Below are positions 1-12,019 of a stretch of DNA of 64,000 nt, piece after piece. The position numbers were made by a program, and so were the translations under genes. This DNA comes from Eledone cirrhosa. Its lineage: Eukaryota. The stretch is from NCBI GenBank assembly GCA_964016885.1, contig OZ024762.1, forward strand, positions 6,572,001 through 6,636,000, given 5' to 3'. Each line of letters opens with the position of its first letter. Position 1 is the first letter of the stretch. The notes under the pieces are model-generated. The model worked only from the letters and a program-made list of their open reading frames with translations. It did not search any database and had not been told where the DNA came from.

Positions 1-116
1 CTGTATGAGCAAGGCACGGTCAGCCGACCAGACACTGCCCACAACAGGACAATCCGTCTAACCCATGCTAGCGTGGAAGAACGGACGTAAAACGGTGATG
101 ATGATGATGATGATGA
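1..116 (+). mobile_element. 3' end of RTE-tailed SINE/LINE with (ATG)n tail
   Basis: gtctaacccatgctagcgtggaagaacggacgtaaaacg followed by (tga)n; near-identical inverted copy at about 61901-62018. Confidence 0.8.
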
Positions 117-214
117 GTCAGTAGGCACCTCTTAACCCAATATACACCCCACTCCACACACCCTGCTGCCCACACTACCTTTTCTCTGTGAAGTCATGTC
201 GGTACCACAGGACA

Positions 215-436
215 TCCAGTCCACACTAAAGTGGTGGTGTAGGTGTCACGACAAAAAGCACCCAATCCACACTGTAAATGATGTTGGCGTCAGGAAGGGC
301 ATCCAGTCATAGATAACCACCCAGATACAGTTCTATATAAGCGAGATATGGTCACCCGACCAATCTTGCCTCAAGTAGGACAGACCTGTCTAACCCATGC
401 TAGCGTGGAAGATGGACATTAAATGATGATGATGAT
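215..436 (+). mobile_element. SINE 3' half (family C-like) with (ATG)n tail
   Basis: contains the central motif ggcgtcaggaagggcatccag and the shared tail gtctaacccatgctagcgtggaagatggacattaaatgatgatg. Confidence 0.7.
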
Positions 437-612
437 ATATAAATATATATATATATATATATATGTGTAAATGAAGTAATTCCATCGGAAAAGTCCAGGA
501 AAAAAGAGTGCTCTATGTAGGCAACAGAGCTTAATTATTATTATTATGTAATAAACAACATAAGGCAATTATGGTAAATGGAATAATTGCCTTATGTTGT
601 TTATTACATAAT

Positions 613-661
<49 letters not shown>

Positions 662-994
662 TGGATATAATATGTTTCTTTATAGATAGAGAGAGAGAGA
701 GAGTGTGTGATGGAAATGAATGTGGAAAGAAGTAGAGAAAGAGGAAGACCAAGGAAGACTTAGTTAAAGATAAAGGAGGAGAAAGTGAAGGAGAAGTTTT
801 GGAGGGAATGCAGAGAATAGGAAATAAAATGGATAAGTTTGCGATAATGCCTGCTTTAGCAGGGGGAATGACCTGAAAATGGTTGTTGTTGGTTTCATTG
901 TTGTTTGTAGTTAATAGAGTTGAAATTTGGAAGAATATTTCTGGTACAATAGTTTTTTTTCCAGAGGAACTGAAAGATATTGTTAAATGTTTGC

Positions 995-1526
995 AATAAT
1001 AATAATAATAATAATAATTGTTTCTACTTTTGGCACAAGGCCAACAATTACCCAGTGTATTACTGGTACTTTATTTTATCGACCCAGTAAGGATGAAAGG
1101 CAAAGTCAACCTCGGCGGGATTTGAACTCAGACCATAAAGGGCCGTAACTCTAATAATAATAATAATAATAATAATAATTGTTTCTACTTTAGGCACAAG
1201 GCCAACAATTACCCAGTGCATTACTGGTACTTTATTTTATCGACCCCGTAAGGATGAAAGGCAAAGTCAACCTCGGCGGGATTTGAACTCAGATCGTAAA
1301 GGTACGTAACTATGCTGGAAAGCATGGCGTCCGACCCTCTACCGATACTGCCAATTCACCGCCCTATATATATATAGTAATAATAGAGTTTCTACTTTTG
1401 GCACAAGGCCAGCGATTACCCCAGTGCACCACTGGTACTTTATTTGAACTCAGAATGGCAAGGGCCGTAACTCTATGCTGCAAAGCATGGCGTCCGACCT
1501 TGTACCGATACTGCCAATCCACCGCC
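995..1526 (-). mobile_element. Three head-to-tail copies of tRNA-headed SINE family B with (ATT)n tail
   Basis: copies at about 995-1152, 1153-1364 and 1378-1526; on the minus strand an A-box-like tggcagtatcgg, a B-box gagttcaaatcc and the body gcctttcatccttacggggtcgataaaataaagtaccag. Confidence 0.8.
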
Positions 1527-1804
1527 TCGATAATAATGGTTTCTGATTTAATTTGATGATAATTTCTTTATTGGTCACTAGGGCCTACATAAGGGGACAA
1601 TACAAAAAGACAAATAATAATCAAAATTTTTTCTATTTTCATTAAGTATAATATTTAAAAATATTTAATGGTACCAGTCTATTTTCACCTAAATGACTGT
1701 TACTTTTTCAAGTGTAATTCCTGCATAGAATGGCGCAGGAAATGGTTTACAGAAGCACTGAGATGGAGTAATTATAGAACTGTGCTACTGAATTATTACA
1801 TGGA

Positions 1805-1932
1805 GAGATGAGTGGCTTAGTGGTTAGGGCTCATGGTAGTGGAGTTATGGGTTTCATTCTTGAACTGGGCAGTCTTGTGTACTTTATTGAGCAAAACACT
1901 ATATTTCACATCACTCCAGTCAACTTGGCTGG
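1805..1932 (+). mobile_element. Degenerate tRNA-derived SINE head (family A-related)
   Basis: tggcttagtggttaggg A-box followed by ttgagcaaaacactatatttcacat, similar to family A. Confidence 0.5.
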
Positions 1933-1947
1933 CATACTAGTTGGAAG

Positions 1948-2242
1948 CTAGGTGGACTGAGGCAATTCTGGTCCATCTACTTGACAGTTAAGTGGACTGA
2001 GGCAATTTTGGTCCATCTGCTTGACAGCTAGGTGGACTGAGGCACTACGGGTCCATCTACTTGACAGTTAGGTGGACTGAGGCAATTTTGGTCCATCTAC
2101 TCGACAGCTAGGTGGACTGAGGCATTTCTGGTCCATCTACTCGACAGCTAGGTGAACTGAAGCAATTTTGGTCCATCTACTCGACAGCTAGGTGGACTGA
2201 GGCATTTCTGGTCCATCTACTTGACAGCTAGATGGACTGAGT
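1948..2242. repeat. 40-bp minisatellite, about 7 copies, each unit a small hairpin
   Basis: unit gctaggtggactgaggcaattctggtccatctacttgaca; taggtggac pairs with gtccatcta. Confidence 0.9.
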
Positions 2243-2800
2243 CTTGAATAGCAGCAAGTTTAGTTTATTATCATCCATTCTTCATTCTTTTTCTCTACCA
2301 GCAATAAGGACAGCTAACAACCTCTCCCTCTCCAGTCCTTCCTATAGTTATAGTCTTGATAGTCTATTGAAGTAAGAATAACCCCCCAAAAAGACATTTG
2401 TAAGTTCTTGGTCCCCTGACCACCTCCCTATTCTCTACTATTGGGAGTAGAGTTAGCTACCTATAGGAGCATGTTACACGAGTTGGAATAACTATTCCAA
2501 TGTGTCTCGCTCACCATCCTCCAGGGCAACATTTTCTCATTTATGCTATTGCACTGGAACATTCTGCCAACTTAACCTCTGACTTTCTCTTTCACATTTA
2601 CTCCAAATGGCCAAAACAGAGGAGTATGAAAAGAAGGGGCTCAACAATATTTCTATGAACAAAGCACGTAGACAGCTAAACTGTACTTTCAACTTCTTAA
2701 TTTTCTGCAAATAAAACAAGTTTCCTGTCGGTATATTTTCGCGAGTTTTTAACAGGCACTCACAAATAAACGTTTCTCATTGGAGGTGCTATTACCAATG

Positions 2801-2834
2801 TTCTTACCCGTGCAACGCCGGGATACACTGCTAG
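2801..2834 (+). mobile_element. Helitron 3' terminus
   Basis: hairpin cccgtgcaacgccggg followed 8 nt later by CTAG and then T; the same terminus occurs on the minus strand at about 13201 and 43789. Confidence 0.7.
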
Positions 2835-3094
2835 TAGAAACCAAAACTAGAACTGACCTGATTGGCTTTATAGATGTTAACAGTGATAGTATTGGTGGTG
2901 GTTGTGGTGTTAGTAGTGGTGTTGGTGTCAGTGGTGGTGTGGTGGTGATGGTGGTGACAGTGATGGCGGGTGTTTGGTGTGGTAAAATGGTGGGTGGCAA
3001 TGGGCATGTCACAGGAGAATGCATGCATCACAGTGAAATTTCAAGATATATATATCTATATATATCTATATATATCTATCTATCTATCTATCTA

Positions 3095-3149
<55 letters not shown>

Positions 3150-3364
3150 TGATGGAAAGAGAGATAGCTAGAAGCTATGGAATTTCCTGAAGAGATAGGA
3201 TGTCATCACATTAGCAGACAGTAAAGATTAACTGCAAAGTGGGGAACCACCAGCACAAAACTGAGTCTAAAGTGATAAACTAAGGTAACAGTTATTTAAG
3301 ATATATGATAGTTTAAGTGAGGCCCCTTTAAATATTTTACGCACTCACTGATAGCCTACTTCAC

Positions 3365-3399
<35 letters not shown>

Positions 3400-3556
3400 C
3401 AGACACCCACTCAAATACATATATGTATGTATAGAATCTTATATACACTCACATATGATGATGATGTATATATATATATAAATGATCATAGTATAATAAA
3501 CTTTTCAAGGATTTACACCAGTCCAGCCTCCTGTTATATATATATGTGTGTGTGTG

Positions 3557-3619
<63 letters not shown>

Positions 3620-3757
3620 AGTCCAGAATTAGCCGTCGAAACGGCTTGAGCTCAGCTGTCGGGGTCTTACTGGTTCCTATTACCCACTCTACTACCTCAA
3701 GTATTGAGTACTTTGGTGCGTTATGGTCCACCTGGTTCCTTACCACATTTCCTTCGT

Positions 3758-3788
<31 letters not shown>

Positions 3789-3834
3789 TATTCAAAATGT
3801 TAATAAATGAAAAATATCCTCATAATCAAAATAT

Positions 3835-3899
3835 ATATTTTATTATACATATTTCAAAGGTACAATGGTGTTTAAGTACGTTTTCATCAGACAAAATAT
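3835..3899 (-). ncRNA. Minimal type-I hammerhead ribozyme motif
   Basis: minus strand: atattttgt-CTGATGA-aaacgtac...gtaccttt-GAAA-tatgta-TA-ataaaatat; stems I and II pair and stem III is quasi-palindromic. Confidence 0.6.
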
Positions 3900-4006
3900 T
3901 TGATTTGATAGGTGACATACCGCTACGGTTTTGATTATTCAATTCCAGTATTGGCAGTGGTTTATTTCAACAAATCTCAACGTTTTTACACTATATATAT
4001 ATATAT

Positions 4007-4348
4007 GGAGGCACATGGTTAGAGCATTGGCCTTGCAATCAAAAGGTTGTGAGTTCAGTTCTCAGACCGGGTGATGTGTTGTTTCCTTGAGCAAGACACT
4101 TTATTTCACATTGCTCCAGTTTACTCAGCTGTAGAAATGAGATGATAGGACTGGGGTCCCTATCATTCCACTGCAAAGTGGTCGTGGAGGTGTCACGGAA
4201 TAAAAGCACCCAGCACTCACTGTAAATGAGGTTGGTGTTAGGAAGGGCATCCGGCTGTAGAAACCAAGCCAGAATCAGTTCCCATCCCACCCTTGCAAGC
4301 AGGGAAAAAGCGGACGTAAAATGAAATGATGATGATGATGATGATGAT
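4007..4348 (+). mobile_element. tRNA-headed SINE family A, near full length
   Basis: ggaggcacatgg..ttagagcattgg head, CORE-like ccttgagcaagacact...cagctgtagaaatg, ttaggaagggcatcc motif, (ATG)n tail; many near-identical copies elsewhere in the window. Confidence 0.85.
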
Positions 4349-5200
4349 ATACAACTTTGTTAGGTTTCGGCCAGTATTGGCCCAGGCCATGTCTGGCGAA
4401 GTCTTTCAAATCAGGATTTGGACACCATGGCCCACTCAAGTAGAGAGTCGTTGTTTACAGAGACATATCCGGGTGTAGGAGGTTTATGCGGGATTTCTTG
4501 AAGGAATTTGTCCAAAGACTTCTGGAATTTTATCAAGTCTGTTTCTGTGTTAATGTGTTTCGGTGTAATGTTAAAGAGAGTGGGTCCAATTGAGGTGAAA
4601 TAATTGTGCCGTATTGTTGATGAGATGCGAGTGAGATATTTGTCGGGGGCAGATAGCATGGGATCCAAGCCTTGGGTGTACACTAAAGGTGATGCCAACA
4701 TCATTTGGGCAATGCTGATGGAATATTTTCCACATCATGTAGATAATATAGTGCCCACGGCGACGTTGGTGGGATTGGGCAAAAGTGGAGAAGAGAAGGA
4801 TAACAGTGTGGATATCTCTCGACTGCAAAGTTCTGAGAATCCAGGAACACATTCCGCGGGCCATGTCAACTTTGCTGTTTATATGAGTGGCCCAGCTTAT
4901 GTAGTTGTCCACAATTTCTCCCAAGTCTCTGATGTTGTTCGATGCCATGAGAGTTTCACCTGAAAGAAGGGATTATAACTCAAATTTAGCATATTGTTCT
5001 TTCCACCCATTAGATAACAACCAGTAGATCTGACTGAAGCCATATCCAGTCACCCGCTTCATTGATGACCTTCTGGAACTTGGAATCATCTGCAAAGATT
5101 CTTATGTGTTTGTGCTTGATGATGTCAGTAATGTCATTAATGTAGATGATGAAAAGAAGTGGACCCAACACAATGCCCTGCGGGACATCACCATTTAACA
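4349..5200 (-). mobile_element. CR1/L2-clade LINE 3' fragment (RT domain and C-terminus, frameshifted)
   Basis: VPQGIVLGPLLFIIYIND...IFADDSK (5010-5201), RDLG...WATHI and a C-terminal LDKFLQEIP...NDSLLEW in successive minus-strand ORFs. Confidence 0.85.
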
Positions 5201-5445
5201 TTCATTTTTTCACACTAGCATGGGTTAGACAGATTGTCTTATTGTGAAATAATTCAGATTAAATGACCATGTCTGGCTCTTACAGAATTGTTTATGGTTT
5301 GGTTTCTATGGCTGGATGCCCTTCCTAATGCCAACCATAATTACAGTGTGGACTGGATGGTTTTTATGGTGTCACCAACACGATTACATTACACTCTTGA
5401 CTGGGTGCTCTTTTGTTGTGTCACGAACACGACCACTGTACATTA
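5200..5445 (-). mobile_element. Degenerate SINE (family C-like) 3' part
   Basis: ctagcatgggttagac tail complement and ggatgcccttcctaatgccaacc motif. Confidence 0.6.
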
Positions 5446-6053
5446 TATGGAGGTTTTTCAAGATTACAATTATGAGTGGAAAAACATTCTAGACATGAAA
5501 GGCAGAAAGTTCAAGATGAAACCTAATAGCAGCCCCATTAGGAATTAAACGCTAGAAAAAAATAAAAAATTATTTATGGCTATTTTCAAACAAAATGCCC
5601 AACTTTTTGAAAAAGAAATAACGTTTGCGCCAATTTTTATTAAAAAAAAATTTATCTGGCAATTCTGTTCTTGTGGACAGTAAATATGGAATTAGTAGTA
5701 GCACTAATGAAAGTGGTGGTGGTGGTAGGTGTAGTGGGAGAGGCAGTAAGAGATGACAGTCAAGCTGGTTTACAAGATAAACATTACATGGAATCCTGGT
5801 GTAATTAAGTAGAAAGCATTTAGTAATGCGCGAGGAGTGGTGGGATGATTCTTAAATGAATACAGGCCATTCAATGAACATAATTAGGGACAATTAAGAG
5901 AGTTAATGAGACAATTAAGATTATATAATAACTGATATTTCTGGCTATTTCCTTTACCAATTTCAATACTTAACTGGAATTGTCTTTCTTTTTTATCAAA
6001 CCATGTTTGTTGTGTAGAAAAATAAGTGGAATATATTGCTATTAGTTACACCA

Positions 6054-6198
6054 TGTGTGTGTGTGTGTGTGTGAGTGAGTGAGTGAGTGTGAGTGTGGGT
6101 GTGTGGGTGAGTGTCTGTAGGTGAGTGAGTGTGGGTGAGTGAGTGTGTCTGGGTGAGTGTGTGTGTGTGGGTGAGTGTGTGTGGGTGAGTGAGTGAGA
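6054..6198. repeat. (GT/GAGT)n microsatellite
   Basis: direct inspection. Confidence 0.9.
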
Positions 6199-7159
6199 GG
6201 ACAGACAGTGAACAAACTGTGAACGAACTATGAGCAAACATTGAACATGATGCTGATTATTCCACAGAGTAGACAGTGAGTGAAATGAATGAACAGTGAA
6301 CTGTGGACAGACAGTGAACCCTGAATGAACAGTGGATAGTCAGTGAACAAACAGTGAACGAACTATGAACAAACATTGAACATAATGCCAATTATTTCAC
6401 AGAGCAATTAAGAAATCGAAGAATGTTATGAAAAACGAAGTAGCAGGTTGTGTGTATGTAAAGTGTTGTTCTATTAAAACTCTCTGTAGAAATTAAAAGA
6501 CATACAAAAATAAAGAGGAAAACTTAGTAAATGAGTTTCGTTAATTAACAGAACAATTAAGAGAATGTCTAAGGAAGTGTTACAACTACAAGAAAGTATT
6601 TTAATTAACATGAACTTAAACGAACATCTCATCATGATATCACAGGCATCTTTGAAGATTTTGTGTTACACATTAAAACATGACATGACATACATAGGGT
6701 GTGTGTGAGGGGATAGGTGTGTGTTCAACACTGAACATGACATGGCATACATGAAGTGTGTGTGTGTGTGTGTGTGAGGAGATGTGTGAGTGTGTGAGGG
6801 GATAGGTGTGTGAGTGGATGTGTATGTTCCACATTAAACATGAGATGGCATACATGGTTTGTATGTGTATGTGTATGAGGGTATGTATGTATGTGTGTGT
6901 GTGTGTACATGTGTGTGAGGGGGATGTATGTGCATGTGAGGGGATGGATGTATATATTCCACATTGAACATCACATGGTGTGTGCGGATGTTTGTTGATG
7001 TGCGGCTAGTCCAAGAATTGAACGTATAACCTTATGATTTTGAGTCCAGCACCCCAAACACTAAGCCACCCTTCCACACATACTCTATCAAAGATGAAAG
7101 GTAAATTTGAAATTTGAACTAAGGATGTATAGAGCTACTTGTATCTGGGATTATATTCT

Positions 7160-7672
7160 TTTGGGGTTTAGAGTAATGTTACTCTATAGAGTGCGTAGCT
7201 CGGAGATCAGGGAGTCACTCCAGGTAGAGACGCTACTTCTCCAAATTGAGAGATCACAGCTGGGGTTCCTCGGAAGGGTCTTTGGAGTAATGTTACTCTA
7301 TAAAGTGAGTAGCTCGGAGATCAGGGAGTCACTCCTGGTAGAAACACTACTTCTCCAAATTGAGAGACCACAGCTCTGATACTATGGGCATGTGGTTGGA
7401 ATGTCTCAGGAAAGAATCGCTGGACAGATTTTATGGGCAAAACCAACTGACAGGAGACCCAGGGGTGGAACCCCGAGCAAGATGATTGGATAACATCCAT
7501 GAGCTTGGCTAGTCTCTGGTTTGGGGATCCAGCCGGATCAGTTGGAGATGGTTGCTTCTGACAGGACCCACTGGAGGGAGTGTTTGAGGACTCTGCCACC
7601 ATCACCCTCTCAGGATTAAGTTGGCAGAGGAAGGATGATGAGGAGGAGAAGAAGAAGAAGAAGAAGAAGAAG
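7160..7672 (+). mobile_element. RTE-clade LINE 3' end with internal duplication and (GAA)n tail
   Basis: RVRSSEIRESLQVETLLLQIERSQL occurs twice about 117 bp apart, then YYGHVVGM...RRPRG and DRTHWRE-type C-terminus and gaagaagaag tail. Confidence 0.8.
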
Positions 7673-7849
7673 ATGCTTAGCGCTGAAACAAATACCACAA
7701 GGTATTCTATTTGATGCTATAATCCAGCCTCACCCATTCCTCATCTCATCATATGAGATATCTATCCATACATTTCTCCCTGTTGATAAACGGCCTGAAG
7801 GGTAGCAATGGTAAAAACATCAACTGAAAGGGAAGTACTTCAATCTATA

Positions 7850-8182
7850 CAGACACACGTTAACACACATAAACATACATACATGCACACACACACACAC
7901 ACACATGCATGCACACACATCAACATACACACACACACATCAACATACACAACACACACACACATCAACATACACACACATCAACACACACACGCAACAC
8001 ACACATCAACACACGCATCAACATTCACACACACACATCAACACACACACACATCAACACACACACATCAACATACACACACACATCAACATTCACACAC
8101 ACACACATCAACACATACACACCAACATACACACACACACATCAACATACACACACACATCAACATCAACATACACGCGCAC
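7850..8182. repeat. (CA)n-based compound repeat punctuated by catcaa
   Basis: direct inspection. Confidence 0.9.
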
Positions 8183-8453
8183 ATGTGTTATGTTATGTTC
8201 CTGTTGAATAAGTTTATCAAATGTCTTTAATAAACTTATAACAATACTGAACAGGGGGTGAGGTGGTGGGGTGGTGACTGGGGGAAGGAGATGGGGTGTG
8301 AAGGGAGGGGATAGGGGAAGGAGAGGGGGGATAGGGGGAAGGAGAAGGGGTGGAGTGAAGGATACTCCCCTCCCCCCGCTAATACAACAATAACAACACA
8401 AATATTTGAAAAATCTAAAAATTAAAAGTGAATAAAAATGATTATTTCAAGTG

Positions 8454-8486
<33 letters not shown>

Positions 8487-8489
8487 CGA

Positions 8490-8957
8490 CAATAGTGATG
8501 AGGGTTGTGATAATAGTGGTGATGATGAAGGTGGTATGATAGTGGTGGTGGTGGTGGTGGTGAAGATAAGGGTGATGATGATGATGGTGATGTTGATGGT
8601 GGTGATGATGATGGTGGTGATGATGGTGGTGGTGATGGTGATGATGGTGGTGATGGTGATGATGACGGTGATGATGATGGTGGTGATGATGATGATGGTG
8701 GTGATGATGGTGGTGGTGATGATGACGGTGGTGGTGATGATGATAATGGTGGTGATGGTGGTGATGGTGGTGATGGTGATGGTGGTGGTGATGATGATGA
8801 TGATGATAATGGTGGTGATGATGATGATGGTGGTGATGATGATGATGATGATGGTGATGGTGACGATGATGAGGGTGATGGTGATGATGGTGATGGTGGT
8901 GGTGATGATGGTGGTGGTGGTGGTGATGGTGATGACAGTGATGGTGGTGGTGGTGAT
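8490..8957. repeat. (ATG/GTG)n trinucleotide tract
   Basis: direct inspection; source of the M/V-rich ORF 8536-8964. Confidence 0.95.
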
Positions 8958-9195
8958 GTTTTAATATATTACAAATGGTTTTATTGAAGCAGGAACGGGC
9001 TCCACTCCATTATACGGCTGAACAAGTTGAACATAAGTTGGAGCGGTGAAGCTGCCATGTTAATTGGATGTTGGGAGATGTTGGGAGAGATCGCTTTCCA
9101 CAGGTTTGCACACATGGGGGGGGGGGGTGGAGGGAGGGAGGGAGAGAGAGAGGGAGAGACGGTGAGAGAGATGTGGAGACTGAAGGAAAGAGACA

Positions 9196-9338
9196 GACAT
9201 ATATATATATACATATACACACATATATATATATATATAGAGAGAGAGAGAGTGTGAGAGAGGGGGGATACACATACACACACAAACATATATATATATA
9301 TATATAGATAGAGAGAGAGAGAGAGGGATGGGGGGAAT

Positions 9339-9371
<33 letters not shown>

Positions 9372-9458
9372 GAGAGAGAGAGGGATGGGGGAAATACACA
9401 CATACACACACACAAATATATATATATATAGAGAGAGAGAGGGATGGGGGGAATACAT

Positions 9459-9514
<56 letters not shown>

Positions 9515-9594
9515 GGATGGGGGGAATACATACACATACACACACACACATATATATATATATATAGAGAGAGAGAGGGATGGGGGGAATACAT

Positions 9595-9648
<54 letters not shown>

Positions 9649-9742
9649 GGTGAGGGGGAATACACACACACGCACACACACATATATATATATATAGAGA
9701 GAGAGAGGGATGGGGGGAATACATACACACACACACACACAA

Positions 9743-9778
<36 letters not shown>

Positions 9779-9845
9779 GGTGAGGGGGAATACACACACA
9801 CGCACACACACATATATATATATATAGGGAGAGAGAGTGAGAGGT
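9196..9845. repeat. Higher-order compound repeat (CA)n(TA)n(GA)n-GGGATGGGGGGAATA, about 10 units
   Basis: units of about 60-76 bp with a constant G-rich linker. Confidence 0.9.
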
Positions 9846-10242
9846 GGGGCATGGGGTGGAGGTGCCTATGCTACTTATATTGGACTGTTGTTAGGTATCT
9901 ACAGTTTGTTTTCATAATAAGATGACTGACAGAAAAAAACATTAAATAATCAGATTGCCAAATACATGAAAGTAAAAAGAAATGTAACTCCCTCCTCACC
10001 ATATTCCTAATGACATACACTCAATTTCAATTAATTAATTTTTAGGGATTTATTAAAATTATTAATTATTGCATTATAATTAATATAGGAACTACAATTT
10101 AAAGTTTATACAGAAACTTGCTCAAAGATAGTTACGAATTGCAGGACATTGCAGAAGTCAGAAGTGATACACAAGTTACTATATATATATATATATATTA
10201 AGAGAGTAAAACAAAGAATCCTTTAATACATCAAAAGTTTTT

Positions 10243-10287
10243 ATTAGCCAACAATGTTTCGTCCTATTAAGGACTCATCAGGGCAAT
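10243..10287 (-). ncRNA. Minimal type-I hammerhead ribozyme motif (best-preserved copy)
   Basis: minus strand: attgcc-CTGATGA-gtcct taat aggac-GAAA-cattg-TT-ggctaat, overlapping an AATAAA. Confidence 0.75.
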
Positions 10288-10397
10288 CAAAACAACAAGA
10301 AGTAATATCGGCAGATACAAGCCGGAAACTCTGAAGAATATGGAGTGTGCATACACTAAAGTCTTACAAAAATATATGATAATAAATATATATATAT

Positions 10398-10826
10398 ATC
10401 ATCATCATCATTTTACGTCCGCTTTTCCCTGTTTGCAAGGGTGGGACAGGTCTTATTAAGCACAGCATCTCTCCACTTGTCACGGTCCTTCGTCATCTCC
10501 ACCGTGAGCTTCAGTGATCTGAGGTCTGCTCTCACCACCTCCGCCCATGTTTTTCTGGCTTGATTTCTACAGCCGGATGCCCTTCCTAACACCAACCACA
10601 TTTACAGTGAGTGCTGGGTGCTTTTTTTCCGTGGCACCTCCACGGCCACTTTACAGTGGAATGATAGGGACCCCAGTCCTATCATCTCATTTCTACAGCT
10701 GAGTAAACTGGAGCAATGTGAAATAAAGTGTCTTGCTCAAGGAAACAACACATCACCCGGTTTGAGAATTGAACTCACAACCTTTCGATTGCAAACCCAA
10801 TGCTCTAACCACTAAGCCCCGCGCCT
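10398..10826 (-). mobile_element. SINE family A variant carrying about 100 bp of RTE ORF C-terminus
   Basis: family A head and body joined to KTWAEVVRADLRSLKLTVEMTKDRDKWRDAV (ORF 10413-10601) and the common tail. Confidence 0.85.
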
Positions 10827-11325
10827 ATATCTATATCTATATCTATATATATTATATATATATAATATTAGTCTCATACCAAAACCAATACGAAAAGAAT
10901 ACATTATATACATACAGGACATACTTTAACTGGTGTCAACACATTACAGATGAAAGTTTCTATGGAATACTTGCTCCAGATGGCAAATAAAAAGATGGTT
11001 ACGATTTGCAGGACATTGCTGGAGAAGTAAACAGGAAGTTATACACAAGCGGCTGCTGTGGGAACCAACTTGCAAGAGATAGATTAGGGGAAGACTTGTT
11101 TGAACATTCATACATGAACTCTCAGACAATACAAATCTCAGCAGGAAGCAGTTGTCAGGAGCAACAGAGAGTTGTGAATTGTGGAGAGACTTTGTTAAGG
11201 ATGTTTGACTGAGGTTACAATGATCATCATGATGAAGATAAGAACTTAACATATGGCTCTTATATAAAATTATGTTGTAAGATGTTAGTTTTGTTTTATA
11301 GAAACAGATCTTGGTACCAAAATGG

Positions 11326-11714
11326 TTTAAATAGGAACCCCTTTAAAATTGGTGGTTTTGTTTCATAGAGCCAGGGCCAGGGCCAGTTTTGGCTGGGTTG
11401 GTAACAAAAAAGTTAAATAGGAACCCCTTTAAAATGGGTGGTTTTGTTTCATAGAGCCAGGGCCAGGGCCAGTTTTGGCTGGGTTGGTAACAAAAAAGTT
11501 AAATAGGAACCCCTTTAAAATGGGTGGTTTTGTTTCATAGAGCCAGGGCCAGGGCCAGTTTTGGGTGGGTTGGTAACAAAAAAGTTAAATAGGAACCCCT
11601 TTAAAATGGGTGGTTTTGTTTCATAGAGCCAGGGCCAGGGCCAGTTTTGGGTGGGTTGGTAACAAAAAAGTTAAATAGGAACCCCTTTAAAATGGGTGGT
11701 TTTGTGCCATAGAG
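11326..11714. repeat. 86-bp minisatellite, about 4.5 copies
   Basis: gttaaataggaacccctttaaaatgggtgg recurs at 11412, 11498, 11584 and 11670. Confidence 0.95.
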
Positions 11715-12019
11715 TGTGGGACTGAGGTGCGTGTGTGTGTGTGGGGGGGTTACACAACAACTCTGGATTGATTTGACTGTGAGAAAGATGGCTAAACAAC
11801 CTTTTACCCCTACAAGGCGTGTAGGGAGCCAAAGAGGATGTGGGATCACACACATCATCATCACCACCACCACCACCATTTTACATGTTGGCATGGGTTG
11901 CATGGATCATCAGGAGTTTTCAACTCGGATGGTCGGTAGAGCATCCGTTGCATGTGTATTCCATTTTTGGCATGGCCTCATGCACACGCTGACGCCCAAA
12001 GATTTGCACTATACACACA

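Noticed and set aside
1948-2242. 40-bp units as tandem hammerheads (ctgagg motif)
   Set aside because: No CUGANGA or GAAA core in the unit.
3686-3700. let-7-like TGAGGTAGTAG on the minus strand
   Set aside because: Only the first 11 nt match and no precursor hairpin is evident.
4007-4070. tRNA genes
   Set aside because: A/B-box sequences are SINE heads attached to SINE bodies; no complete cloverleaf was found.
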